Positions 35,666 to 47,861 of a stretch of 64,000 nucleotides of DNA are shown here, piece after piece (the first letter of the stretch is position 1; each line of letters opens with the position of its first letter). The position numbers and the translations under genes were made by a program. Source of the DNA: Squalus acanthias (Eukaryota). The stretch spans positions 4,774,001 through 4,838,000 of the forward strand of contig JASTWF010000034.1 in NCBI GenBank assembly GCA_030390025.1, given 5' to 3'. The notes beneath the pieces are model-generated. The model saw nothing but the letters and a program-made list of their open reading frames with translations. It made no database searches and had not been told where the DNA came from.

Positions 35666-37427
35666 TTTCAAATAAAACTGTTGGACTATAACCTGGTGTT
35701 GTGCGACCTCTCTATTTATGAAGCCCAGGATCCCGTATGCTTTTTAACCACCTTTTCAACCTGCCCTGCAACCTTCAACGATTTGTTTCTCTGTTCATGC
35801 ACCACTTTTAGAATTGTACCCTTTAGTTTATATTGTCTCTCCTCATTCTTCATACCAAATTGTATCATTTCACACTTTTCTGCATTAAATGTCATCTGCC
35901 ACGTGTCCGCCCATTTCACCAGCATGTCTCTGTCCTCTTCAAGTCTATCACTATCCTCCTCACTGTTCACTATAGTTCCAAGTTTTGTGTCATCTGCAGA
36001 TTTTGAAATTGTGCCCTTTACCAACAAGTCCAAGTCATTAACAAATATCAAAAAAAGCAGTGGTCCGAGTACCGTTCCCTGGGGAACACCACTGTGTACC
36101 TTCCTCCAGTCCAGAAAACAACCGTTCACCACTACTCTCAGTTTCCTGTCACTTAACCAATTTCTTATCCATGCTGCACTGTTCCTTTTATTCCATAGGC
36201 TTCAACTTTGCTGACAAGCCTATTATATGGCACTTTATCAACGTCTTTTTGAAATCCATGTCAACCGCATTCCGCTCATCAACCCTCTCTGTTAAATGAT
36301 CAGAAAACACGTCAAGTTAGTTAAACACGATTGTCTTTGACAAATCCGTGCTGGATTTCCTTAATTAATCCACACTTGTACAAGTGACTGTTAATTTTGT
36401 CCCGGATTATCGTTTCTAAAAGCTTCCCAACCACCAAGGTTGAACTGACTGCTCTGTATTTTGTGGGTTTATCCTTACACCCGTTTTTGAACAAGGGTGT
36501 AACATTTGCAATTCTCCAGTCTTCTGGCACCACACCGTATCTAAGGAGGATTGGAAGATTATGGCCAGTACCTCCGCAATTTCTCCCCTTCCATTAGCAT
36601 CCTAGGATGCATCCCATCCGCTCCTGGTGACTTATCTACTTTAAGTACAGCCAGCCTTTCTAGTACCTCGTCTTATCAACTTTTAGCCCATCCAGTATCT
36701 CAACTACCTCCTCTTTCACTATGACTTTGGCAGCAGTTTCTTCCTTGGTAAAAACAGATGCAAATATTCATTTAGTATCTCAGCCATGCCCTCTGCCTCC
36801 ATTCGTAGGTCTCCTTTTTGGTCCTTAATCAGCCGCACCCCTCCTCTTCATACCCGTTTACTATTTATATGCCTTTAGAAGACTTTTGGATCCAATTTTT
36901 TGTTTGCTGCCAATCTATTCTAATACACTCTCTTTGGCCCTCTTATCCCCTTTTACACTTTCTCTCTGAACTTTCCATATTCAGCCTGGTTCTCACTTGT
37001 ATTCTGAACTTGATATCTGTCAAATGCCCACTTTTCCTGCTTCCTCTTACTCACTATCTCTTTTGTCATCCAGGGAGCTCGGGCTTTTTTTGCGCTATCC
37101 AACCCACTCGTGGAAATGCACCTCGATTGTACCCAAATCATCTCTTCTTTAAAGGCAGCCCATTGTTCAATGACAGTTTTGCGTGCTAATCTGTGATTCC
37201 TTTAACCCAAGCCAGCTCCGTTCTCAACCCACTGAAATTGGCCCTCCTCCAATTAAGTATTTTTACTCTAGATTGCTCCTTGTCCTTTTCCATAGCTAAT
37301 CTAAACATTATGATATTTTGATCACTGTTCCCTAAATGTTCCCTTACTGACACTTGCTGCACTTAACCTACCTCATTCCCGAGAACAAGATCCAGCAATG
37401 CCTCCTTCCTCTTTGGGCCAGAAATGC

Positions 37428-38255
37428 ACCAACCTGGACGACGTTCAGGATTGGGCTGGTAAGTGGCAGGTAACATTCGCACCACAGAAGTGAGAGGCAA
37501 TTACTATGTCCAACAGGCGAGAGTCTAAGCACCTCCCCTTGACATCCAACAGAATTACCATCGACGAATCCTCCACCATCAATACCCTGGGAGTCACCAT
37601 TGGCCAGAAACTTAATTGGACCAGCCACATAAATACTGTGGCAACGAGAGTAGGTCAGAGGCTATGTACTCTGCAGCGAGTGTCTCATCTCCTGACTCCC
37701 CAAAGCCTTTCCACCATCTACAAGGCACAAGTCAGGAGTGTGATGGAATACTCTCCACTTGCCTGGATGAGTGCAACTCCAACAACACTCAAGAAGCTCG
37801 ACACCATCCAGGACAAAGCATCCCCTTGATTGGCACACGATTCACCGCCTTAAACATTCACTCCCTCCAACACCGACGTATCGTGGCTGCAGTGTGTACC
37901 ATCTACAAGATGCACTGCAGCAACTCACCAAGGCTTCTTCGGCAACACCTCTAAAACCCTCGACCTCTTCCACCTAGAAGGACAAGGGCATCAGGTGCAT
38001 GGGAACACCACCACCTCCAAGTTCCCCTCCAAGTCACACACCATCCTGACTTAGAAGTATATCACCGATCCTTCATCGTCACTGGGTCAAAATCCTGGAA
38101 CTCCCTACCTAACAGGACTTTGGGAGTACCTTCACCACCTGGACTGCAGCGGTTGAGGAAGGCAGCGCACCACCACCTTCTCAAGGGCTGTTAGGGATGG
38201 GCAATAAATGCTGGCCTCGCCAGCGACGCCCACATTCCAGAAACAAAAAAAAAAG
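37428..38255 (+). mobile_element. 5'-truncated non-LTR element of a second CR1/L2-group family
   Basis: LGVTIGQKLNW..HI and YKAQVRSVMEYSPLAW; 3' end GGGCAATAAATGCTGGCC...CCCACATTCC plus A-run. Confidence 0.85.
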
Positions 38256-38777
38256 AAAGTTCTCTTGAACACATTTCAGAAATTCTTCTCCCTCTCTGCC
38301 CATTATACTATTACTATCTCAGTTAATATTGGGATAATTGAAGTCCCTCATTATTACTACTCTACATTTCTTCCACCTCTCTAATTTCCCTGCAGATCTG
38401 CCCCTCTATATCCTTCCCTCTAGTTGGTGGCCTATAGAATACACCTAGTAGTGGAATGGTACCTCTATTGATTCTTAATTCTAACCAAATAGATTATGTC
38501 TTTGACGCCTCCAAGACATCCTCTCTCTCCAGCACTGTGATATTATCCTTAATCAATACTGCCACACCACCTCATTTCTTTCTTCCACTATCTTTCCCGA
38601 ACATCTTATATCCAGGAATATTTTGTACCCACTCCTGCCCTTTTTAGAACCAGGTTTCTGTTATCGCCTCAACATCATTTTCCTACGTGGCTATTTGCAC
38701 CTACAGCTCACCCATCTTATTTACCACGCTTCCTGTGTTTACACACATACACTGTAAACGTTTCTCCGATCTTACAA

Positions 38778-39515
38778 TAGCAAAATACTGCGGATGCTGG
38801 AAATCTGAAACAACAACAGAAAATGCTGGAAACACCCAGCAGGTCAGGCAGCATCCGGGAAGAGAAACAGCGTTAACGTTTCAGGTCTGTGACCCTTCGT
38901 CAGAACAGGAAAAAGTTAGAGATGTAACAGGTTATAAGCAGGTGTAGGGGCAGGGAAAGGTGGGAAGGGGGAGGAAATAACAAAAGGGACGGTCTGGGAT
39001 AGGGTGGAATGCAGGAGTGGTTAAATGTTGCAAATGGAATGGCAGAATCATCAACAGCTGCCTCCTGAATAAATGGGGGCCGAGGTTATGGTCTGAAATT
39101 GTTGAACTCAGTGTTGAGTCCAGAAGGCTGTAAAGTGCCTAATAGAAAGATGAGGTGCTGTTCCTCGAGCTGACGTTGTAAGAGGCCGAGGACAGAGAGG
39201 TCAGAGTGGGAGTGGAGCGCTTGTCACTCTAATTCTCCGCTCCACTCCCACTCTGACCGCAGCTCAGGCGGCAGCTGTTGATGATTCTGTCATCCCCATT
39301 TGTAACATTTAACCACTCCTGCCTTCCACCCTATCACAGACCATCCCTTTTGTTATTTCCTCCCCTCCCCACTTCCCTGCCCCTGGTTACAACCTGTTAC
39401 ATCTCTAATTTTTTCCAGTTCTGATGAAGGGTCACAGATCTGAAACATTAACTCTGTTTCTCTCTCCACGGGTGCTGCCTGACCTGCTGAGTGTTTCCAG
39501 CATTTTCTGTTTCTA
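38778..39515. mobile_element. Older Penelope family-2 insertion with inverted pLTR arms
   Basis: 38818-39070 is the diverged inverse of about 39265-39512. The left arm has about 40 nt of extra tail. GIY-YIG C-terminal remnant between the arms. Hammerhead motifs at 38872-38906 (minus) and 39417-39453 (plus). Confidence 0.85.
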
Positions 39516-40934
39516 TCTTAGACCTTCTTGGATTCTCCGTTAGTCTGAACCCACATAATACCGTACTATTTCATGCTCTACTGCTATCTGTCTCTCCCTA
39601 TCTTTTGTGAACTTTGTTTATCCTTTCTAAAGCCACATCCTGGTGCCCACCCCACTGACAGATTAGTTTAAAAGCTCCCCAACAGCACTAGCAACCACCC
39701 CCGCCCGCACCTCGTGAGTATATTGGTTCCGGCTCTGTTGAGGTGCAACCCACCGGCCTTTTCAGGTCCCACCTCCCCCAGTACCGGCCCCAATGTCCCA
39801 GGAATCTAAAGCCCTCGCTCCTGCACCATATCTCTAGCCACACATTTAATTGTTCTATCCTCCTATTTCTATATTCACTAGCTCGTGCCACCTGGAGTAA
39901 TCTGGAGATTACTACCTTCGAGGTCCTGCTTTATAATCTCTTTCCTAGCTCCCTATTATCTGCCTACAGGATCACATCCCTCTTTCTACCTATGTCGATG
40001 ATGCCAATATGGACCACGACCTCAGTCTGTTCACCATCACCCCTCAGAATGTCCTGCAGCCACTCAGTGACATCCTTGACCCTGGCACCAGGGAGGCAAC
40101 ATATCATCTTGGAGTCACGTCTGTGGCTGGAGAAACACCTGTCTGTTCCTTTAACTATCGAATCTACTATCACTATTGCTTTCCCGAGCTTCCTGCCCCC
40201 CACCACCCTACAGCTCAGCCACCAGTGTTGCCGTGGACTTGGCTCTGGCTGTACTCCCCAGAGGACCCATCGAATACTGGTTCGAGAGTGAGATGCACTC
40301 ATGGGGCTCCTGCACTAAATGCGTGGTTCTCCTTGTCTGTCTGACGGTCACACATTCCCTCTCTGCCTGCACACTCTTATGCTGCGGGGTGACCACCTAC
40401 TGAAACCTGCTATCCACGGAGCTCTCAGCGGATGCACCGCAGTGACGCCAGCTGCTGCTCAAGCTCCGAAACCCGTGGGAATTGTCCTGGACTTCCCACA
40501 TGGCACAAGGTGTGCAGTCCACGGCACTGAGGTTCCCTGCCATGCCTCTATTTAATAGACTGCCCACTAATTTAACGGAATTCTACTCAAGACTTCAAAA
40601 AAATCACAATCAACATACCATTTTTTCTTTGCAGCGTCTTCCCTTGTGCTGATGTCACTTACCTCACTCCCTTACACTCGCTCCCAGCTCCGGGTTCTCT
40701 GGCCTACCTTTATCTCCGGCCGCTCCTCTCGCTCTCTCCTCCTTCCACTCTGCTCCTAATTCCCAAGCTTTCCAAATTCACAACCTTAGCACTCTGTTTA
40801 GACCACTGACAAAATGGATTTCCCCACACTAGTTCTCTGATTTATTCCAAACCAGGCCATCAGGATTTTAAAAAAAATGGTTTTAAATGGCGGGATCTGA
40901 GAAAATATCCCAGTGATGGAACGATGGGACTCGA

Positions 40935-41591
40935 CTAGATTACACTGCTCCCACCTCATTCCAGGAATTTAATTCCCAGGGCTGCCTAGATTACATTGCT
41001 CCACCTCAATCCAGGAATTTCATTCCCGGGAAAGACTAGATTACACTGCTCCCGCCTCAATCCAGGAATTTCATTCCCAGGGCCGCCTAGATTACACTGC
41101 TCCCACCTCAGTCCAGGAATTTCATTCCCAGGACAGCCTAGATTACACTGCTCCCACCTCAATCCAGGAATTTCATTCCCAGGACAGCCTAGATTACACT
41201 GCTCCCGCCTCAGTCCAGGAATTTCATTCCCAAGGGCTGCCTAGATTACACTGCTCCCACCTCAGTCCAGGAATTTCATTCCCAGGGTTGCCTAGATTAC
41301 ACTGCTCCCACCTCAGTCCAGGAATTTCATTCCCAGGGACAGCCGAGATTACACTGCTCCCACCTCAATCCAGGAATTTCATTCCCAGGCACAGCCTAGA
41401 TTACACTGCTCCCACCTCAGTCCAGGAATTTCATTCCCATGGACAGCCTAGATTACACTGCTCCCGCCTCAATCCAGGAATTTCATTCCCAAGGGCTGCC
41501 TAGATTACACTGCTCCAACCTCAGTCCAGGAATTTCATTACCAGGACAGCCTAGATTCCACTGCTCCCACCTCAATCCAGGAATTTCATTC
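40935..41591. repeat. 51-bp tandem repeat, about 13 units
   Basis: CTAGATTACACTGCTCCCACCTCAGTCCAGGAATTTCATTCCCAGGACAGC. Confidence 0.93.
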
Positions 41592-41899
41592 TCAGTTAAT
41601 TTCTCTATTGCCTGAAAATAGAACAAGAACAAGAAGAAGAGGAGTGACCTTACCCAGACAAACATGTCATCGTGTTTGACCGAGGGGAAGAATAATTAAA
41701 AGGAGCAAAGGATTAAAACGAAGTTATCAAAGGAAAACACTTAAAATATTAACCAATCAGATAAATACGCTGTAAGCACCTTAATACTCCAGGAAACACT
41801 CTGGAAACATTAAATTCTCGCATAATCATACTCACAGAACCACACCTGTCAGTCAACATTCTCAAACCCTCCATCACCATTCCAGGGTCTGCACAGCCC

Positions 41900-42430
41900 C
41901 ACCAGAGTTGGGGACACAGGGGTATACAATCGGGAGGGAGAAACCCTTTGATTCCACAACATTGCCTGAGGATATAATGAAGTCTGATGGCTTCCAGTCA
42001 GACATGGGCAAGGTAACTTCCAGCCGATTACCACCTACCGCCCTCCCTCAGCTGATGAATCGGCACATCTTCATGTTGAACATCAGTTGATGGGAGCACC
42101 GAGAGCAGAAAGGGCGCAAATTATACTCTGGGTCGGGAGGGGGAAACTTCAATGTCCATCACCAATAGTGCCTGGAAAGTACCATCATTAACCGAGCCCT
42201 GAAGAACACAGCTACCAGACTGGGATTGCGGCAGGTGGTGGGAGACCCAAGATGAGAGAAAAGCCTGCTTGACCACGTCCTCACCAATCTAGCAATCGCA
42301 TATGCAGCTGTCCATGACGATATTGGTAGGACTGACCACCGCACATTATTTGTGGAGAACAATTCTCGCCTTCACCCTGAGGCCACCCTCCATCATATCA
42401 TGTGCATCTACCATGGTGATCAATGGAATG
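41900..42430 (+). mobile_element. Decayed LINE APE-endonuclease fragment
   Basis: Remnants of YxPP, GNFNVHHQ, LLDHVLTN and IGRTDH. Confidence 0.6.
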
Positions 42431-42591
42431 AAGTTAGACAGAGCCAAGCGATCCCAACACATCCAATTATTTCAAAGCTTTCATATCCTGTTGTGAATGG
42501 TATTAAACAATTGAGCCGTTTCCCCAGAGCCCTGAAAATTTCTCCTTTTCAAGTTTGCATCCAATTACCTTTTGGAAATTACAGTTAAGAA

Positions 42592-42935
42592 AAGAAGAAA
42601 GAATTGAATTGATATAGCGCTTTTCACGATCTTGGGATGTGCTTTCAAGCCAATGACGTCCTTCCTTTTGAAGTGAAGTCACTGTTGTACTGTCGGAAAC
42701 TTGGCAGCCAATTTGAGCACAGCAAGCTCCCACAAACAGCAATGCGACAATGAACAGATAATCTGCTTTAATGATGTTGATTGAGATAAATATTAGCCAG
42801 AACACCGGGGTTAACTCTGCTGCTCTTCAATATAATTCCATGGGATATGTTACGTCCAACTTATAGAACAGACAGGTTTAACGTCTCAACTGAGACATGG
42901 TACCGCTGACAGTGCAGTGCTCCCTCAGTACTGCC
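42592..42935 (-). mobile_element. Deu-domain SINE (SacSINE1/AmnSINE1-like) fragment
   Basis: CAGCAAGCTCCCACAAACAGCAATG ... CCATGGGAT..TTACGTCCA ... GTTTAACGTCTCA ... GACAGTGCAG..CTCCCTCAGTACTGC. Family assignment is from recall of the consensus. Confidence 0.7.
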
Positions 42936-43404
42936 CCTCTGACAGTGCACTGCTCCCTCAGTACTGCCCCTCCTCAGTGCACTGCTCCCTCAGTACTGCC
43001 CCTCTGACAGTGTGGCGCTCCCTCAGTACTGCCCCGCTGACAGTGCAGTGCTCCCTCAGTACTGCCCCTTTCAAAGTGCACTGCTCCCTCAGAGCTCCCT
43101 CAGTACTGCCCCTCTGACAGTGAAGCGCTCCCTCAGTACTGCCCCGCTGACAGTGCAGTGCTCCCTCAGTACTGCCCCTTTCAAAGTGCACTGCTCCCTC
43201 AGTACTGCCCCTCTGACAGTGATGCGCTCCCTCAGTACTACCCCTCTGACAGTGATGCGCTCCCTCAGTACTGCCCCTCTGACAGTGATGCGCTCCCTCA
43301 GTACTGCCCCGCTGACAGTGCAGTGCTCCCTCAGTACTGCCCCACTGACAGAGATGCACTCCCTCAGTACTGCCCTTCCAACAATGCAGCACTCCCTCAG
43401 TACT
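42907..43404. repeat. 33-bp minisatellite (CTCCCTCAGTACTGCCCCTCTGACAGTGCAGTG)n amplified from the SINE body
   Basis: About 15 units; the first unit is continuous with the SINE. Confidence 0.9.
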
Positions 43405-43419
43405 GGCTTGAGTGCAGTT

Positions 43420-46400
43420 TGTCATGGAGTGCAGCTTGGAACCGAGTGTTAAGCTGCGAGTCTGGTGAGTGAGGGAGTTCATGGAGGAATGTGTCCTTTC
43501 TTTTTCTGTCTTTGTTAGCTTCCAAGACCTTGTCAGTATTTCTACAGTCCAGTCGTTAAACTAAAAGTAAGGTCTCTAGTTTAGAGCAAGTAGAATTCAA
43601 AGGGAAGTACGGTCCCTGGTGTATAAAATTTTCTTTAACTTAAAGGGTGTAAATTATGGGTAGGACATGGCAGGGCAGCTCGGCAGCGTGGTGTGCTCCT
43701 ACTGTGCAATGTTGGAAGTCAGGGACACTTTAGGTGTCCAGGGCGGACACATGTGCAGGAAGTGTCTCCAACTGCAGCTACGCAAAATCCGCGTTTCGGA
43801 GCTGGAGCTGCGACTGGAGTCACTGTGGAGCATCTGCGAAGCTGAGATCTTCGTGGATAGAACATTTAACGAGGTGGTCACACCGCAGGTAAAGAGTGCA
43901 CAGGCAAACAGGAAATGGATGACCGCCAGACAGTGTAAAAGAACTAGGAAGGCAGTGCAGGAGTCCCCTGGGTCCATCTTCCTCTCCAACAGATTTTCCG
44001 TTTTGGATACTGATGGGGGAGATGGTTTCTCAGGGGAATGCAGCGAGAGCCAAGTCCATGGCACTACGAGTGGCTCAGCTGCACAGGAGTGTGTGTGTGG
44101 GGGGGGGGGGGGGTAATGAGTGGGAGAGCAATAGTGATAGGGGATTCTATCGTAAGTGGAACAGATAGATGTTTCTGTGGCCTCAGACATGAATCCAGGA
44201 TGTTATGTTGCCTCCCTGGTGCCAAGTTCAAGGATGTCACTGAACGGCTGCAGGGTATTCTGAAGGGGGATGGCGAACTGTCAGAGGTCGTAATCCACAT
44301 TGGCACCAACGACATGGGTAGAAAGAGGGGCGAGATCCTGCAACAAGAATTTAGGGAGCAAGGTAGCAGATTAAAAAGCATGACCTCCAAGGTTGTAAGC
44401 TCTGTTTTACTCCCGGTGCCACGTGCTAGTGAGTATAGGAATAGGAGGATAGAGCAGATGAATGCGTGGCTAAAGAGTTGATGCAGGAGGGAGGGCTTTA
44501 GTATCCTGGATCACTGAGTCTGCTTCTGGGGAAGGTGGGACCTGTACAAGTCGGAGGGGATGGACCTGAACCGGAACGGGACCAACATTCTTGCGGGGAG
44601 ATTTGCTAGTACTGTTGGGGGGCGGGGGGGGGGGGGGCGGGGGGGTTTATCTAACTTGACAGAGGGATTGCATACGGACTGGAGATATAGTAGGGGGTAA
44701 ATCACAGCCAAATATAGAGGAAAAAACAAGTCAGCCTGGAAGTCAGAGCGAATATGTAACGGCACAAGGGAGTATGGCAGGGCTGGATGACATTTATTTT
44801 AATGCAAGGAGTCTTGCGAGTAAGGCGGATGAATTGAATGTGTTGGTGAACATATGGGATATGATATTGTTGCTATCACAGAGACATGGTTGAGGGAGGG
44901 GCAGGATTGGCAGCTCAATATTCCGGGATATAGAATCTTCAGGCGAGACAGAGGAGGGTGTAAAAGAGGAGGGGTATCGTAATATTAATCAAGGAGTCAA
45001 TTACTGCTGTAAGGAGGGATGATATCTTAGCAGGTTCCTCTAATGAGGCCATATGGGTAGAACTTAACAACAAAAAGGGGGCAAGCACTTTGCTGGTCGT
45101 GTACTATAGGGCGCCAAACAGTCAGGGGGAGATAGACGAATAGATATGTAGGCAAATAAGATCATAAGAACATAAGAAATAGGAGCAGGAGTAGACCATT
45201 CGGCCCCTCGAGCCTGCTCCGCCATTCAATGAGATCATGGCTGATCTGATCCAACATCAACTCTAAAGAACACAAGAAGCAAGAGCAGGACCAGTCGACT
45301 CGGCCCCTGGGCCCGCTCCGCCACCCACAGGGCCTTGACCGATCCGAACTCAGAGAAGTTTCGAAATAATAGGTTAATAATAGTAGGGGATTTCAACTTC
45401 CCCAATATCAACTGGGATAGTGAGAGTGTGAAAGGCTTAGAGGGTGCGGAATTCTTAAAGTGCATCCAGAAGAGCGTTTTGAGCCAGCATGTAGAAAGTC
45501 CTACCAGACAGGGGGCGGTTCTGGACCTAATTCTAGGGAATGCAGCTGGGCAAGTGGTAGAAGTGTTAGTAGGAGAACATTTTGGAGACAGTAACCATAA
45601 TCGGTGAGATTTAATGTAGTCGTGGAAAAGGACAAAGATGGACCGGAAATAAAGGTTCTAAATTGGGGAAATGCCGAATTTAATATGATAAGGCAGGATC
45701 TGGCCAAAGTGGAGTGGATCAGCTACTTGTAGGAAAATCCACATCAGAGCAGTGAGAGTCCTTCAGAAAGGAAATAGAGAGTGTACAACGCCAACATGTT
45801 CCCGTAAAGGTCAAGGGTGGGACCAACAAGCCCAGGGCACCCTGGATGTCAAGGGATATATAAGAATGGATTAGGAAAAAAAGGGAGACTTTTGGCAGAT
45901 ACAAAGGACTAAAACAGTGGAAGCCCTCGTGGAGTATAGAAAGTGCAGGGGGGTACTGAAAAAAGACATTAGGAGAGCAAAGAGGGGGCATGAAAAACCA
46001 CTTGCGGGCAAAATAAAGGAAAATCCAAAGGTGTTTTATAAGTATATTAAGGGCAAGAGGATAACCAGGGAAAGAGTAGGGTCCATAGGGATCAAAGTGG
46101 CAATCTGTGTGTAGAGCCGGAAGATGTGGGTGACGTTTTAAATGAATATTTTGCAGCTGTGTTCACTATGGAGAAGGACGATGTTGGCATAGAAATCAGG
46201 CAGGGTGATTGTGATAAACTTGAACAATAATAGTATTGCGATGGAGGAGGTACTAGCGGTTTTAGTGGGTATAAAAGTGGATAAATCCCCAGGCCCAGAC
46301 GAGATGTATCCCAGGCTGCTGTGTGAGGCAAGCGAGGAGATTGCAGGGGTTGTGACACAATTTTCAGAACCTCTCTGGTCACAGGGGAGGTGCCATATGA

Positions 46401-47860
46401 CTGGAGAACAGCTAACGTATACCATTATTCAAGAAGGGTAGTAGGGATAAACCAGGGAATTACAGGTCAGTGAGCCTAACATCAGTGGTAGGGAAATTTT
46501 TGGAAAAAATTCTGAGGGACAGAATTAGTCTACACTTGGAGAGGCAACGATTAATTAAGAATGGTCAGCATGGCTTTGTAAGGGGGAGATCAGTTCTAAC
46601 CAATCTGATTTAATTTTTCGAGGGGGTGAATCGGTGTGTGAATGAGAGTGGTGCAGTTGATGTCGTCTACATGGACTTCAGTAAGACTTTTGACAATGTC
46701 CCACATGGGAGACTGGTCAAGAAGGTAAGAGCCCATGGGATCCAGGGCAATTTGGCACATTGGATCCAAAATTTGTTTCGTGGCAGGAGGCAGAGGGAGA
46801 TGGTCGAAGGTTGTTTTTGTGCCTTGAAGCCTGTGTCCAGTGGTGTCCGCAGGGATCGGTGCTGGGTCATTTGCTATTTGTAGTGTACATTAATGATTTA
46901 GATATGAATGTAGGAGGTATGATCAGTAAGTTCGCAGATGACACGAAAATAGGTGGAGTGGTAAATAGCGAGGAGGGAAGCCTCAGGCAACAGGTCGATA
47001 TAGACGGGTTGGTTAGATGGGCAGAACAGTGGCAAATGAAATTTAACCCTGAAAAGTGTGAGGTGATGCATTTTGGGAGGACTAACAAGGCAAGGGGATA
47101 CACATTGAATGGTAAGACCCCAGGAAGGACAGAGGATCAGAGGGACCTTGGTGTGCATGTACATAGATCCCTGAAGGCAGCAGGACCAGTAGATAAGGTG
47201 GTTAAAAAGGCATATGGGATACTTGCCTTCATTAGCCGAGGCATAGAATATAATTGCAGGTAGGTTGTGTTAGAGACGTACAAAATACTAGTTAGGCCAC
47301 AGCTGGAATACAGTGTGCAGTTCTGGTCGCCACACTATAGGAAGGATATGATTGCATTGGAGAGGGTGCAGAGGAGATTCACCAGGATGTTACCTGGGCT
47401 GGAGCGCTGCAGCTATGAAGAGAGACTGGACAGACTGGGGTTGTTTTCCTTAGAGCAGAGAACGCTGAGGGGGGACCTGATTGAGTGGTACAAAATTATG
47501 AGGGACATAGATAGGGTAGATAGAAATAAATTGACCCCTTAGTAGTGGGGTCAATAACCAGGGCGCATAGTTTCAAGGTAAGGGGCAGGAGGTTTATAGG
47601 GGATTTGAGGAAAATCTTTTTCACCCAGTGTGTGGTTGGAATCTGGAACTCACTGCCTGAAAGGGTGGTAGAGGCAGCAACCCTCACAGCATTGAAGAAG
47701 CATTGAGATGAGCACTTGAAGCGCCACAGCATACAAGGCTACGGACCAAGTGCTGGAAAATGGGAATAGAATAGATAGGGCTTGATGGCCGGCGCGGACA
47801 CAATGGGCTGAAGGGCCTCTTTCTGTGCTGTATAACTATGAATATCGATGACTCTATGAC
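43420..47860 (+). mobile_element. Full-length decayed CR1 with a CR1 3'UTR inserted at 45164-45352 (minus)
   Basis: ORF1 CSYC..HMCRKC and IGDSIV; ORF2 fragments GDFNFP, KFADDTK, RPQLEYSVQFW; tail GACTCTATGAC. Confidence 0.92.
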
Positions 47861-47861
47861 A

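Larger units (their letters stand above)
34416..35712 (+). mobile_element. 5'-truncated Penelope-like element (family 1) with inverted pseudo-LTRs and a target-site duplication
   Basis: 454-bp inverted arms 34451-34904 and 35259-35712; 35-nt tail 34416-34450; GIY-YIG frame between the arms; CTCTATTTATGAAGC at 34401-34415 and 35710-35724. Confidence 0.95.
33895..40560 (-). mobile_element. Old full-length CR1 interrupted by two Penelope insertions and one other LINE
   Basis: Colinear pieces 33895-34415, 35713-37427, 38257-38777 and 39516-40560, containing RT, APE and ORF1 esterase remnants. Confidence 0.88.

Noticed and set aside
40996..41503. ORFs with a 17-aa periodic motif (PRLHCSHL...)
   Set aside because: 51-bp satellite with frame-breaking indels; no supporting splice context.
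42917..43482. Repetitive Cys/His-rich ORFs
   Set aside because: Translations of the 33-bp SINE-derived minisatellite.
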